From: Prolixibacteraceae bacterium
Lineage (GTDB): Bacteria > Bacteroidota > Bacteroidia > Bacteroidales > Prolixibacteraceae
DNA: 64,000 nt
NCBI GenBank assembly: GCA_039679975.1
Contig: JBDKTZ010000135.1
Location: 9,394 to 73,393, forward strand
Direction: 5' to 3'
Numbering within the stretch: the first letter of the stretch is position 1; each line of letters begins with the position of its first letter. A program made the translations under genes and the position numbers. Below are positions 1 to 10,154 of this stretch, piece after piece. Below the pieces are notes generated by a model, which was not told where the DNA came from, made no database searches, and worked only from the letters and a program-made list of their open reading frames with translations.

Positions 1-316
1 AACCAAATCCGACCCGTTTCTGGAAGGAGATTGGCGCGAAGGTGAACGATCCTTGTATTGTTCTTCACGTATTGAGTCAGATCTTTACAGATCATTACTG
101 ACCATCAGCAGCAACACGCTCAGATCGGATGTGACTATCCGGATCTCACAAAACGATGAGACGATGTTCGAACAAACTGTTCCTTCGTCTGAAACTGAAC
201 ACATCACTATTGATTTAAACAATTTTGGAACAGGTTCCTGGTTCCTGGAACTGACGAATCAATGGGGTGATTATTTATGTGGTCATCTGTATCTTGAAAA
301 GATTATACCGGAATAA
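1..316 (+). CDS. C-terminal fragment of a hypothetical protein (frame open from window edge)
   Basis: Frame 2 is open from nt 2 to the stop at 314-316. The listed 87-aa ORF begins at an internal TTG. No recognisable motif. Confidence 0.35.
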   Translation, partial: TKSDPFLEGDWREGERSLYCSSRIESDLYRSLLTISSNTLRSDVTIRISQNDETMFEQTVPSSETEHITIDLNNFGTGSWFLELTNQWGDYLCGHLYLEKIIPE

Positions 317-387
317 AAAACATGAAGAAGGTTTGTATAGTTTCCATCATAGCACTATTGACATGATTTTTCCAACGAAGTTTTTAC

Positions 388-789
388 CTACCAGGCCCGC
401 GGGCCATCAGAAATGATCGGGATTCCCAGTTCATGTTCAACATACATGAAGTAATAAAAGAGTTTATGGTTAATCTCGGGTCCGTAATCAATATCGGGTT
501 CATAATTGATGTACCCGTCAATTAGCTCCTTATGCCGGGAACCCAGGTTATGGTTGTTCCAGGCCTGGACATACTGCCGGTTCCAGCCCTCATACCAGGA
601 TTGCTCATGCCAGTTCACCGGTTTGGACCGGGTCAAAAACCAGCTTTCAAAACCGCTGTCGAAAACAATAAGTTCATATTCCACACTGTCCGATTCTTCC
701 TTATCCAACTGCTTAATTGAAATGGGTTGTTTTACAGCACAAGCTCCCATTATCAATAGGAAAAAAAATAAGATAATATTCTGCTTCAT
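388..789 (-). CDS. small lipoprotein (DUF6146-like)
   Basis: Signal peptide followed by a lipobox Cys (LIMGAC). Trp/Tyr-rich 133-aa protein typical of a conserved Bacteroidota family. ATG at 789. Confidence 0.55.
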   Translation of the reverse strand: MKQNIILFFFLLIMGACAVKQPISIKQLDKEESDSVEYELIVFDSGFESWFLTRSKPVNWHEQSWYEGWNRQYVQAWNNHNLGSRHKELIDGYINYEPDIDYGPEINHKLFYYFMYVEHELGIPIISDGPRAW

Positions 790-982
790 ATCTTCTGATT
801 TTTAAATCCATGACTAAATAAACACCCGGAATAACCCGGCATATCAAATGCTGCGTTGTTCAGATTGCCGGCCCGGAAGTTCGATTCATCACAATTGTTT
901 TGTATCTTTTACGCAAGAAAACAAGGATTGTTAATTAATATTCAATTCCGGAATCTTATTTTTATAATCTGAACCTAAAGCT

Positions 983-2449
983 ATGTTTAGTTTTTTCCCT
1001 GAACTTGGATTGCATTTGCAAGGTATCATTAATATTGTCTATCTGCTAACAGTCATATTTATAGCCACGTTGATTGTCCTGGAGAATCGTAGTCCAATAA
1101 AAACGATTAGCTGGATTCTGGTGCTGATCCTGCTGCCGTTCGCCGGGATAATCATCTACCTGTTCTTCGGACAGGAATACAGGAAAAAGAAAATGTTCTC
1201 CCGCAAAGGATTGCATGATCTTGAAAAACTTAGAAAATTAACACAAAGCCAACTTGATCAGTTACCAAAAAATTACCTGGCACTCAGCAATGCCATCTAT
1301 CAAAAGAAACGTTTGATGAATCTGTTGCTGGCTAATTCAAATGCCATACTTTCGGATGATAATGAAATAAAAATACTCAGGAACGGAGAACAGGTTTATC
1401 CGGCCATGTTTCAGGCGATGGAAGAGGCCCGGCACCACATTCATCTGGAATTTTATATTGTAGACAACGACGTGGTGGGAAACCAGTTACGGGAGCTGCT
1501 TATCCGAAAAGCCGGCGCCGGTGTTGAAGTACGATTCATTTACGATGATGTGGGAAGCTGGAAGTTACCAAAAAAATACATCCGCTCGCTCCGCGAAGCC
1601 GGAGTAAAGATCGATTGTTTCATCAAAGTCCGTTTTCCCTTGCTTACCTCGAAAGTTAATTACAGGAACCATCGGAAGATCGTGGTCGTAGATGGTAAAA
1701 CGGCCTTTGTTGGCGGATTGAATATTGCCGACAGGTATTTAAACGGTACAAAAATCTTAGGCCCGTGGCGCGATACCCACCTGATGCTCAAAGGCGGAGC
1801 AGCAACAGGCCTGCAAGTCATTTTCATGGCCGACTGGTATTTTGTTTCAAAAGAGATCCTGCAGGGAGACCGGTATTTCCATGCATTAGAGCATGGACAA
1901 GGAAAAATTGTGCAAATCGTAGCCAGCGGACCCGACTCGGATTGGGAAACCCTGAGCCAGGCTTATTTTACAGCAATAGCCTCCGCCCATGACAAAGTCT
2001 ACATTGCAACGCCCTACCTGATTCCGAATACCGAAATAGGAAGCGCAATGAAAGCCGCTGCTCTTGCGGGAATCGATATCAGGATCCTTCTTCCCGGCAA
2101 ATCGGATGCGATTATTCCCAAATGGGGTACGCATTCTTATATATCTGAACTTTTAGAGGCAGGAGTGAAGATCTATTTCTACCAACCCGGATTCATGCAC
2201 AGCAAACTCATAATTGTTGATGGCGTCCTGTCGTCGGTAGGTACCGCCAATCTGGACTTCCGGAGCCTTGAAACAAACTTTGAAGTCAACGCAATGATCT
2301 ATGACGAGGGAATCGCAAAAAAGCTGGAAAAACTTTTTTTAAATGACCTGCAGCAAAGCAGTAAAATCGTCCTGAATGAGTGGGAACAGCGCCCACGGTT
2401 TTCTAAAGCGAAAGAATCTTTTGCCCGCTTGTTAAGTCCTCTGCTTTGA
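983..2449 (+). CDS. cls: cardiolipin synthase (PLD superfamily)
   Basis: Two N-terminal TM helices plus two HKD motifs (HRKIVVVDG and HSKLIIVDG). 488 aa. Confidence 0.9.
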   Translation: MFSFFPELGLHLQGIINIVYLLTVIFIATLIVLENRSPIKTISWILVLILLPFAGIIIYLFFGQEYRKKKMFSRKGLHDLEKLRKLTQSQLDQLPKNYLALSNAIYQKKRLMNLLLANSNAILSDDNEIKILRNGEQVYPAMFQAMEEARHHIHLEFYIVDNDVVGNQLRELLIRKAGAGVEVRFIYDDVGSWKLPKKYIRSLREAGVKIDCFIKVRFPLLTSKVNYRNHRKIVVVDGKTAFVGGLNIADRYLNGTKILGPWRDTHLMLKGGAATGLQVIFMADWYFVSKEILQGDRYFHALEHGQGKIVQIVASGPDSDWETLSQAYFTAIASAHDKVYIATPYLIPNTEIGSAMKAAALAGIDIRILLPGKSDAIIPKWGTHSYISELLEAGVKIYFYQPGFMHSKLIIVDGVLSSVGTANLDFRSLETNFEVNAMIYDEGIAKKLEKLFLNDLQQSSKIVLNEWEQRPRFSKAKESFARLLSPLL

Positions 2450-2684
2450 AGAAATAAGGAATGCGTTCTCACAATATTTCACCACAAGATCATGAATCAA
2501 AATAAAATTCCAAAAATAAATAGCAGGCTGTAATATCTGTCGAGAAAATACGTACAATTGCAACTTAAAAACCTGAAAACATAACCTGACTGAATCATTG
2601 TTTCTGTCGGGTTGTTTTATTTCGGAAACAAACGGCGACGAAGAATGTTAATATATTAAATTGCGATTTGACAGAATATAGAAG

Positions 2685-4166
2685 ATGCAATCAACACTGA
2701 TCCTATTGGATTCGTTAGTGCAGTGGAAACCATACTACGAAACGGAGTCTATCACTACAGCCGCAGATTATCTGCAGAACGAATATTTAAGTAAACAGCC
2801 GTTACTTGTGATCAATCTTTGTAACGACCTGAATTATCATACTGAGGGTTATTATTGTTCACTTTTGGCGCAAGCCCGGGGGCACAAGGCTATTCCCGAC
2901 GTGGATGTTCTGAATCGGATCAGGAACGGCACGCTTGTCCGGATGGACGACCCCTTGCAGAAGATTTGCTATAAATGGACGCAAAGCAGAGAGCCCGATC
3001 AAAATGACCTTTTCGGGGTGGATGTATTCTTTGGGACGACTACCGAACCGGAGTTGAGTAAAGTGGCCAGGTTTATTTTTGAACAGTTGCCTTGTCCCAT
3101 GCTTCGGGTCACGTTTGGCAACCGGCAAAAAAACCAGATCGAGTCCGTTCGCCTGCTCAGTTTGAATGAACTGACCGACAAGCAACAAGATGAATTCGCC
3201 ATTGCACTGGATAATTTTAACAAGAAGATCTGGCGTCAGCCACGGCAGCACAAAACCACATCGCGCTACGATCTGGCTATTCTTTATGACCCTGCCGAGC
3301 AATTGCCTCCAAGTAACAAAGCTGCACTGAACAAATTCATCAGTCAGGCAAAAAAAGTGAACATCAACGCGGAGTTGATCACCGAGGAAGATACTACCCG
3401 GTTGCTGGAATTCGACGGCCTGTTTATCAGGCAAACGACTGCATTGAATCACATCACATACCGGTTAGCGCAGAAAGCATGGCAAGCCGATATGGTGGTT
3501 ATCGATGATCCGTTGTCGATTATCAGGTGTACCAATAAAGTGTATCTTAAAGAACTACTGGACCGGGAAAATATTCCGACGCCAAAATCTAAACTGATCT
3601 TTAAAAGCAACAGGATTTCGTTTGATGAGGTAAGTAAATTGCTTGGTACTCCAATCATCTTAAAGGTTCCGGATGGTTCTTTTTCGATTGGTATGCACAA
3701 AGTTGACAATGAAGAAGAATACGAAAAGGCTCTTGAAATATTGTCTGAAAAAGCATCGGTTTTTTTGGCTCAGGAATTTATGCCCACGGAATTCGACTGG
3801 CGCATCGGCGTCATTAACGGGGAAGCCCTTTACGCCTGTAAATACTATATGGCCCGAGGTCACTGGCAGATTTATAACCATCAGGATCCGAACAAACCAC
3901 GATCAGGAACATACGAATCAATTCCTATAAGCAAAGTACCCCGGCATGTGATCAGGCACGCCGTTAAGGCAGCCGCGCTGATCGGCAAAGGTCTCTATGG
4001 CGTTGACTTAAAGGAAATAGACGAAAGACGGTCAGTTGTCATTGAAGTAAACGATAATCCTTCGATTGATCAGGGCGTCGAAGATGGTATTTTGGGCGAC
4101 GAATTATACCGGCTCATTATGCGCGAGTTCGCCAACCGGATGGAGCAGAAAGGAAGAAGGTCCTGA
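2685..4166 (+). CDS. RimK-type ATP-grasp ligase with ~215-aa N-terminal extension (RLAN-like)
   Basis: The C-terminal half has an ATP-grasp pattern (KVPDGSFSIGMHKV, LAQEFMPTEFDWRIGVING, GVDLKE...VIEVNDNP). The N-terminal half has no ATP-grasp motifs. Confidence 0.8.
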   Translation: MQSTLILLDSLVQWKPYYETESITTAADYLQNEYLSKQPLLVINLCNDLNYHTEGYYCSLLAQARGHKAIPDVDVLNRIRNGTLVRMDDPLQKICYKWTQSREPDQNDLFGVDVFFGTTTEPELSKVARFIFEQLPCPMLRVTFGNRQKNQIESVRLLSLNELTDKQQDEFAIALDNFNKKIWRQPRQHKTTSRYDLAILYDPAEQLPPSNKAALNKFISQAKKVNINAELITEEDTTRLLEFDGLFIRQTTALNHITYRLAQKAWQADMVVIDDPLSIIRCTNKVYLKELLDRENIPTPKSKLIFKSNRISFDEVSKLLGTPIILKVPDGSFSIGMHKVDNEEEYEKALEILSEKASVFLAQEFMPTEFDWRIGVINGEALYACKYYMARGHWQIYNHQDPNKPRSGTYESIPISKVPRHVIRHAVKAAALIGKGLYGVDLKEIDERRSVVIEVNDNPSIDQGVEDGILGDELYRLIMREFANRMEQKGRRS

Positions 4167-4223
4167 TATTTTCGGTCACCATCCGCCGTATAACGAAAAT
4201 CTAAGCTTCAAAACCGATTTTAA

Positions 4224-4682
4224 ATGAATGAAAACGTGATGATCAGGAAAGCAGTTGCGACCGATCTGGAGTCAATCAACCGGCTGGAGCAGCTTTGTTT
4301 CAATGAGGAGAGTTTTTCGCGTAACCAGCTTCGCTACCTCATCACCCGGGCAAAAGCTGATTTTCTGGTAATTGAAGAATCAGGAACGATCGGTGGTTTT
4401 ATTGTACTGCTGAAACGAACAACTTCAACAGGACTGCGGATATATTCGGTGGCAGTATCGCCCCATCACAGAGGTAAAGGTTTAGCCCGGGAATTACTCA
4501 ATGAAGCTGAAAAAAGAGCTCGTTTAAACGGCAAGCGCTTCCTCACTTTGGAAGTCAGTGAAGTGAATCACCACGCAATCGGGCTTTACCGCCAATCAGG
4601 CTTTGAAGTTTTCGGACAACGACCGGCCTACTATAAGGACGGAAGCAAAGCGCTGCTGATGCGAAAACCGGTTCCCGCTTAA
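4224..4682 (+). CDS. GNAT family N-acetyltransferase (RimI-like)
   Basis: Acetyl-CoA binding motif A (VSPHHRGKGLARELL). 152 aa. Lies 57 nt downstream of the ATP-grasp gene. Confidence 0.85.
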   Translation: MNENVMIRKAVATDLESINRLEQLCFNEESFSRNQLRYLITRAKADFLVIEESGTIGGFIVLLKRTTSTGLRIYSVAVSPHHRGKGLARELLNEAEKRARLNGKRFLTLEVSEVNHHAIGLYRQSGFEVFGQRPAYYKDGSKALLMRKPVPA

Positions 4683-5623
4683 AACGGCAATTTTTCCAGA
4701 TCAACGTTCCCTCCGCTGAGAATAATTCCTGTTTTCTTATTTCCGACATCTACTTTGTTCTCAATAATGGCAGCCAAAGGAACAGCAGAGGAGGGTTCAA
4801 TGACTGTCTTCATGCGTTCCCAAACCATTCGCATGGCTTTGATGATCCCTTGTTCCGTGACCGTTACGATCTCGTCAGTATTCCGCCTGATGATCCGGAA
4901 ATTCAACTCTCCCACGGAGGTCAGCAAACCATCAGCGATTGTCTTTGGATTTACCGAAGGAATCAGTTTTTTTGCATGAAAAGAACGATATGCATCATCT
5001 GCACCCTCCGGTTCAGTTGCAATCACTAACGTATCCGGGTTCAGCGATTTTGTAGTGATCGAAGTCCCGCTCAGCAGGCCGCCTCCTCCGACCGGACACA
5101 AGATGATATCGAAAGGTCCTGATTCTTCTATCAGCTCTTTTGCCACGGTTCCCTGCCCGCAAATGACCTGAAAATTGTTGTATGGATGGATCTCTGTTGC
5201 ACCTGTCCGTGAAGCAATTCCAGCCAGAGTTGCTTCGCGGGCTTCAAGTGTCGGTTTGCAGAAAGTGATCTGAGCGCCATAACCGGCCACCGCTTTCTTT
5301 TTGATCTCAGGTGCCGTTTCGGGCATAACAATATAAGCCTGAATCCCACGCATACGTGCGGCCAACGCAAGAGCCGCACCATGATTCCCTGATGAGTGGG
5401 TACAAACACCTCTGGCAGCCTCCTGATCGGACAACGAGAAAACCGAGTTGCATGCGCCGCGAAATTTAAAAGCTCCTGCCTTTTGCAGGTTCTCACATTT
5501 GAAATATAGATCTCCTCCCGTGATCAAATTAATTGACTGCGAAGTGAATACAGGCGTATGATGAATAAACGGTTTAATCCGCTCATGTGCCCTGATAATA
5601 TCTTCAAACGTTGGAATTTTCAT
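4679..5623 (-). CDS. PLP-dependent threonine/serine dehydratase (serine racemase-like) family protein
   Basis: PLP-lysine motif FKCENLQKAGAFKFRGA and Gly-rich phosphate loop GGGGL. 314 aa. Confidence 0.85.
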   Translation of the reverse strand: MKIPTFEDIIRAHERIKPFIHHTPVFTSQSINLITGGDLYFKCENLQKAGAFKFRGACNSVFSLSDQEAARGVCTHSSGNHGAALALAARMRGIQAYIVMPETAPEIKKKAVAGYGAQITFCKPTLEAREATLAGIASRTGATEIHPYNNFQVICGQGTVAKELIEESGPFDIILCPVGGGGLLSGTSITTKSLNPDTLVIATEPEGADDAYRSFHAKKLIPSVNPKTIADGLLTSVGELNFRIIRRNTDEIVTVTEQGIIKAMRMVWERMKTVIEPSSAVPLAAIIENKVDVGNKKTGIILSGGNVDLEKLPF

Positions 5624-5716
5624 TTTGTCACCTGTTTAAGTTATAGCCGTGAATAACAAGTTGCGAGTCATGAAATGAAAACCTTCGAATCGTTTATCCG
5701 TTTGAGCATTTCCTTC

Positions 5717-6529
5717 CTATATCGTCTCAATTAATTGCTTCAGGATCAGCGTCATTCGAGGCTCCGACTTCATGGCAACCTCCTGCACCTCTTCATGCGA
5801 GATTTCCACAATTTCTCCGGGGACACCACTGTCGGTAACAATCGATATCCCGAATACCTTTACAGACATGTGGCAAGCCACGATCACCTCCGGAACAGTC
5901 GACATGCCGACCAGATCGCCTCCAATGAAACGGAACATCCGGTACTCCGCGGGAGTTTCAAAAGTCGGGCCCTGTACCCCCACGTAGACACCCTCCTTAA
6001 GACTAATCTGGTTTCTGATCGCGATTAATTTTGCTTTTTGTCTGAGTTCCATACTATATGCCTGGCTCATATCGGGAAAACGCGGACCCATTTCGTCCAG
6101 ATTGCTCCCATTCAGCGGGTGTTCAGGGAAAAGATTGATATGATCGGTTATTATAACCAGGTCACCGATCGCGTAATCCGGATTAAGACTCCCTGACGCG
6201 TTCGACACAAAGAGGTATTCAATTCCTAACTTTTTCATTACGCGAACCGGGAAAGTCACTTGTTTCATGGAATAGCCTTCATAATAATGAAAACGCCCCT
6301 GCAGCGCAATCACTTTCTTACCACCCAATTCTCCATATATCAGATAGTTGGAATGTCCTTCAACAGTCGATACGGGAAAGTCCGGGATTTCGGCATAGGG
6401 AATCTTCAACAAGATCCGGATTTCGTTTGCCAATCCGCCAAGACCCGATCCCAGGATGATCCCCACTTCAGGACGATCTTTTATTTTGTCCCGTATATAA
6501 TTTGCGGTTGCTTCGATTGTCTTTAACAT
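5717..6529 (-). CDS. punA: purine nucleoside phosphorylase (trimeric PNP family)
   Basis: Motifs ILGSGLGGLA, GRFHYYEG, MSTVPEV. Start set at the ATG at 6529, because the listed ORF begins at a TTG two codons upstream. Confidence 0.88.
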   Translation of the reverse strand: MLKTIEATANYIRDKIKDRPEVGIILGSGLGGLANEIRILLKIPYAEIPDFPVSTVEGHSNYLIYGELGGKKVIALQGRFHYYEGYSMKQVTFPVRVMKKLGIEYLFVSNASGSLNPDYAIGDLVIITDHINLFPEHPLNGSNLDEMGPRFPDMSQAYSMELRQKAKLIAIRNQISLKEGVYVGVQGPTFETPAEYRMFRFIGGDLVGMSTVPEVIVACHMSVKVFGISIVTDSGVPGEIVEISHEEVQEVAMKSEPRMTLILKQLIETI

Positions 6530-7568
6530 AGCCAACTATTTTTTTGTCAAAACTTTTTCCCTCACTCTCCAAAAATTTGATCTTCACAGGAATATAATAT
6601 AAGCGGGACCGTACTACCGGTGATAGTCCTGTTTCGCCGGAAAGACGCATAGCATCCTTTTCAGTAGTCAGAATAAAGGGCGCCTGTTCCTTATGGTGTT
6701 CATATTTCTGTTCGATCTGCTTCATATCTTTTTCAGAATAACGATGATGATCCCCATAGACCAGTTCATCCAGCAAACTGGTTTTTGAAGAAAGGTAATC
6801 CCGGAATTGCCCCGGACTGGCGATACCTGAGAGCATAATCGACGAAACCTGTTTCTCTCTGAGGCTGGGCACAGGCACTGCCTCTTCGGGAAAAACAGCA
6901 ACCGGTTCACCATACTCCATCGTAGTAAAATAGAGCGATTGATAGGGACGAATATTGACCTCTTTTAAAATGATACGCCGCCTGATCGGTGTAATCTCAT
7001 CAGGGCATTTGGTGTAAATGATCACGTTCGCCCGGCGTTGCTGATATTTTCGCTCCCGCAAACGCCCCAATGGCAATAGCGAATCTGAATCAACAGGGCG
7101 GTTATAATCGATCAAAAGAATATTAATGCCGGGGTTTACCCGTCGATGTTGAAAAGCATCATCCAATACGATCACATCGGGCTGGACTTCTTCCTGAAGC
7201 AGCCGTTTTATTCCATGTACCCTGTTTTCATCGACTGCAACTCTTACCTCCGGAAATTTCCTTTTGATCTGCAAAGGCTCATCCCCTGCATCAAGAACAT
7301 TCGATCCGGTTTCGACCATTACAAATCCTTTACTCTTTCTTTTATAGCCCCGACTCAAGGTAGCTACTTCTGCATGTTTCTTCAAGAGGTTAACCAGGTA
7401 TTCCGTATGGGGGGTCTTTCCGGTTCCTCCCACCGTGATATTCCCGATCGAAATTACCGGAATATCAAATTCGGTAGACTTCAACAGGTTATAGTCATAC
7501 AGAAAATTACGGATATAAACAACGGCACCGTAAAAAATGGAAAACAGGTATAAAAAGATTTTAAGCAT
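6468..7568 (-). CDS. lpxK: tetraacyldisaccharide 4'-kinase
   Basis: P-loop GNITVGGTGKTP and DDAFQH motif. 366 aa. Confidence 0.9.
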   Translation of the reverse strand: MLKIFLYLFSIFYGAVVYIRNFLYDYNLLKSTEFDIPVISIGNITVGGTGKTPHTEYLVNLLKKHAEVATLSRGYKRKSKGFVMVETGSNVLDAGDEPLQIKRKFPEVRVAVDENRVHGIKRLLQEEVQPDVIVLDDAFQHRRVNPGINILLIDYNRPVDSDSLLPLGRLRERKYQQRRANVIIYTKCPDEITPIRRRIILKEVNIRPYQSLYFTTMEYGEPVAVFPEEAVPVPSLREKQVSSIMLSGIASPGQFRDYLSSKTSLLDELVYGDHHRYSEKDMKQIEQKYEHHKEQAPFILTTEKDAMRLSGETGLSPVVRSRLYYIPVKIKFLESEGKSFDKKIVGYVKDNRSNRKLYTGQNKRSS

Positions 7569-7607
7569 GTCATCTGTTTGAGATACGAAGTTACCAAAAT
7601 AAAGGCA

Positions 7608-7646
7608 TAAAAAAGAAGCTGCCTTCTGCAGACAGCTTCTTTTTTA
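7608..7646 (-). terminator. intrinsic terminator downstream of sppA
   Basis: On the minus strand, AAGAAGCTG / CAGCTTCTT forms a 9-bp stem (arms 7613-7621 and 7633-7641) followed by a T-run. Confidence 0.75.
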
Positions 7647-7664
7647 TGCAACTGATCGGGTTTC

Positions 7665-9443
7665 TTAGTCTATTTGAATCGTATACGGCAACCGTGCCAG
7701 TATCCCTTTGTTTTGAGTTAATCCTTTTAATTCCTGATAAATCCTGTAATTCCTGCCAAGTTCACTCTTTAACACCCACATCCGGGCATTGCCTGAAAAT
7801 TCTTTCAGCCATTCTTCGAAAGGATCTTTAATTTTAGGCAGTTGCACCGTACGATACCGATCCAATCCGGCTTTTTCAGCAGCAAGCTTCACGGCATCGT
7901 TCACACCGCCATAAAGATCAATCAAACCATTACCCATGGCATTCTCGGCCGCCCAAACCCGGCCTTGCCCGATTGCGTCGACTTGTTCTTTGCTTAACCC
8001 GCGTCCATCGGCTACACGTCCTACAAACGTATCATAACCATCTTCGATGTACTTCTGCAACATAGCCTGCTCAAAGCTGGTCAGCTTCCGCGTCAGCGAA
8101 AGAATGTCGGCATGTTCATTGGTATTCACCACATCCTGGGTGATCCCAAGTTTATCATTTAGCAGTTCCTGCGCGTTGGGAATGACAGCAAAAATTCCGA
8201 TCGACCCTGTAATCGTGGTCCGGTCGGCCATAATGGTATCTGCAGCGGCGGCAATATAATATCCGCCCGAAGCCGCCACATCGCCCATAGAGGCAATAAC
8301 CGGTTTCACTTCCGCAGCGAGCTTCACTTCACGCCAGATCACCTCCGATCCGTAAGCGCTGCCGCCAGGCGAATTAATTCGCAATACAATCGCTTTCACC
8401 ATCGAATCACGTCTGGCTTCCCTGATTACTTTCGACAACTCTTCCGAATTGATGTTGTCCGAGCCATTGCTTTCACCGACTGCATCAATATCACCGCTGG
8501 CGTAAATCACGGCCACCTTATCGCGGGCCAGACCTTTGCCATCGGTCTTTTCGGGCATCTTTGAATATTGACGTATATCAACCACCCTCAGATCATTCTT
8601 TTCAATGATACTGGTCATTTTCTTCAGATCCTCGATCACTTCGTCTTTGTACATCAACGTATCCACCAGTCCTTTTTCCTTCAATACCTCCGCCTGCCTG
8701 AACGTGACTACACTATCCGCAAGGCTGTTTAGCTCATCAACTCCCAGTCCCCTCGAAGCGGAAATGCCTGCAATCATCTGGTTCCAGATGCTGCGGATAT
8801 AGGTTTCTGTTTGCAATCGATTCTCGGGACTCATCTCTTCCATGATAAAAGGTTCAACTGCCGCCTTAAATTTTCCGTGGCGAATAACCTGCATCTCCAC
8901 ACCAAGCTTCTGTAAAGCCTTTTTGAAAAAGTTCCGTTGAGCGCTGATTCCCTGAAACTCCACCATCCCTCTCGGATTGAGAACAACTTTATCGGCCACA
9001 GAAACCAGGTAATAAGCCTTTTGCGTGAGCGCCTCACCATACGCATAAATAAATTTACCCGACTTTTTGAATTCGATCAGCGCGTTACGGATCTCTTCAA
9101 TAGTACCCATGCCGGCAGTAATAACCGTCGGATTTAAATAAATTCCCCGGATACGATCGTCAGTACCGGCATCATTGATCGCGCTCAGAATATCATCAAG
9201 CCCGAGTTTTTTGGTCCCTGAAAAACCGAAAAAATCAATCTCATTCAATGGATTTTTATCTGAACGTTCCACTATATTGTCATCTAACTTAATTATTAAC
9301 AACGACTTATCTTTAATATCGACCGGCCTTTCAGTCATCGATATCATCGCAGAAAAAGTACCAATAAGCAGAACGGTCCCTATAAAACCCGCTATCAGAA
9401 TACCTAAAATAGTAGCAAGAGTAAACTTTAAAAAATCTTTCAT
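7665..9443 (-). CDS. sppA: signal peptide peptidase SppA, 67K type
   Basis: N-terminal TM helix, duplicated ClpP/crotonase-like halves, SPGGS and MGDVAASGGYY motifs. 592 aa. Confidence 0.9.
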   Translation of the reverse strand: MKDFLKFTLATILGILIAGFIGTVLLIGTFSAMISMTERPVDIKDKSLLIIKLDDNIVERSDKNPLNEIDFFGFSGTKKLGLDDILSAINDAGTDDRIRGIYLNPTVITAGMGTIEEIRNALIEFKKSGKFIYAYGEALTQKAYYLVSVADKVVLNPRGMVEFQGISAQRNFFKKALQKLGVEMQVIRHGKFKAAVEPFIMEEMSPENRLQTETYIRSIWNQMIAGISASRGLGVDELNSLADSVVTFRQAEVLKEKGLVDTLMYKDEVIEDLKKMTSIIEKNDLRVVDIRQYSKMPEKTDGKGLARDKVAVIYASGDIDAVGESNGSDNINSEELSKVIREARRDSMVKAIVLRINSPGGSAYGSEVIWREVKLAAEVKPVIASMGDVAASGGYYIAAAADTIMADRTTITGSIGIFAVIPNAQELLNDKLGITQDVVNTNEHADILSLTRKLTSFEQAMLQKYIEDGYDTFVGRVADGRGLSKEQVDAIGQGRVWAAENAMGNGLIDLYGGVNDAVKLAAEKAGLDRYRTVQLPKIKDPFEEWLKEFSGNARMWVLKSELGRNYRIYQELKGLTQNKGILARLPYTIQID

Positions 9444-9533
9444 GATGGTGGATAATTGTTTTGTGTTTATAGCTTTGTGCTGATTTTCTAATTCATTACG
9501 AATTTACTTATTTAATACAATTTTGTTTATACA

Positions 9534-10043
9534 ATGGCCAGGCTTTTTTTATTGTTAGGCGGAAATCTGGGAGATAAAGAACGAACATTTGCCCATGCCC
9601 GGGTCCGGTTGGAAGAGGAGCTGGGAAATATCACTCAAATGTCGTCCGTTTATGAGACGGAACCCTGGGGATTTCGTTCGGATTATTTATTCTGGAATCA
9701 GATCATCCTGATCGAGACCAAGTGGTCTCCCGGAGAAGTGTTAAGGAAAACAAAAGTCATTGAACAAGAGCTTGGAAGGGTCAGAAAAGCAGAACGGTAT
9801 AGTTCCCGGTTAATTGATATCGATTTGCTGTTCTATGATGATCTGGTTTTCCATGAGCCCCAGCTTGAGCTTCCACATCCCAGGATCATTGACCGCCGTT
9901 TTGTATTGGAGCCATTGGCTGAAATTGCGCCAAATATGCTTCACCCCGTATTTCGTCAAACCATTATGGAGTTGCTTGAAAATTGCTCAGACACACTGAG
10001 CGTAAAAAAAATGAGAGTTACGGAGAACAGCAGCGAGTCATGA
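9534..10043 (+). CDS. folK: 2-amino-4-hydroxy-6-hydroxymethyldihydropteridine diphosphokinase
   Basis: LGGNLGD, YETEPWG and IDIDLL motifs. 169 aa. Confidence 0.9.
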   Translation: MARLFLLLGGNLGDKERTFAHARVRLEEELGNITQMSSVYETEPWGFRSDYLFWNQIILIETKWSPGEVLRKTKVIEQELGRVRKAERYSSRLIDIDLLFYDDLVFHEPQLELPHPRIIDRRFVLEPLAEIAPNMLHPVFRQTIMELLENCSDTLSVKKMRVTENSSES

Positions 10044-10154
10044 TTTACTACTCCCTGAAATCTGCCCTGAAGTACAGGGTACCCGGCGTCGACAAACCCC
10101 GGAATAATACAGGCCAGGGGCCGGAAAAAGCTGACCGTCAAGAGCCTCCTGGGT

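Noticed and set aside
2859-3452. 197-aa antisense ORF inside the RimK-like gene. Similar long antisense ORFs occur at 20556-21059, 24377-24967, 36592-36999, 43368-43778, 45312-45731, 58241-58648 and 58661-59461.
   Set aside because: Each lies fully or mostly opposite a gene with strong motif support, has low-complexity or atypical composition, and shows no recognisable motifs. They are typical shadow ORFs.
5626-5632. The heptamer TGTCACC recurs in three spacers (5626, 31386, 61619), suggesting a shared motif.
   Set aside because: A 7-mer is expected about 8 times by chance in 64 kb on both strands, so this is not significant on its own.
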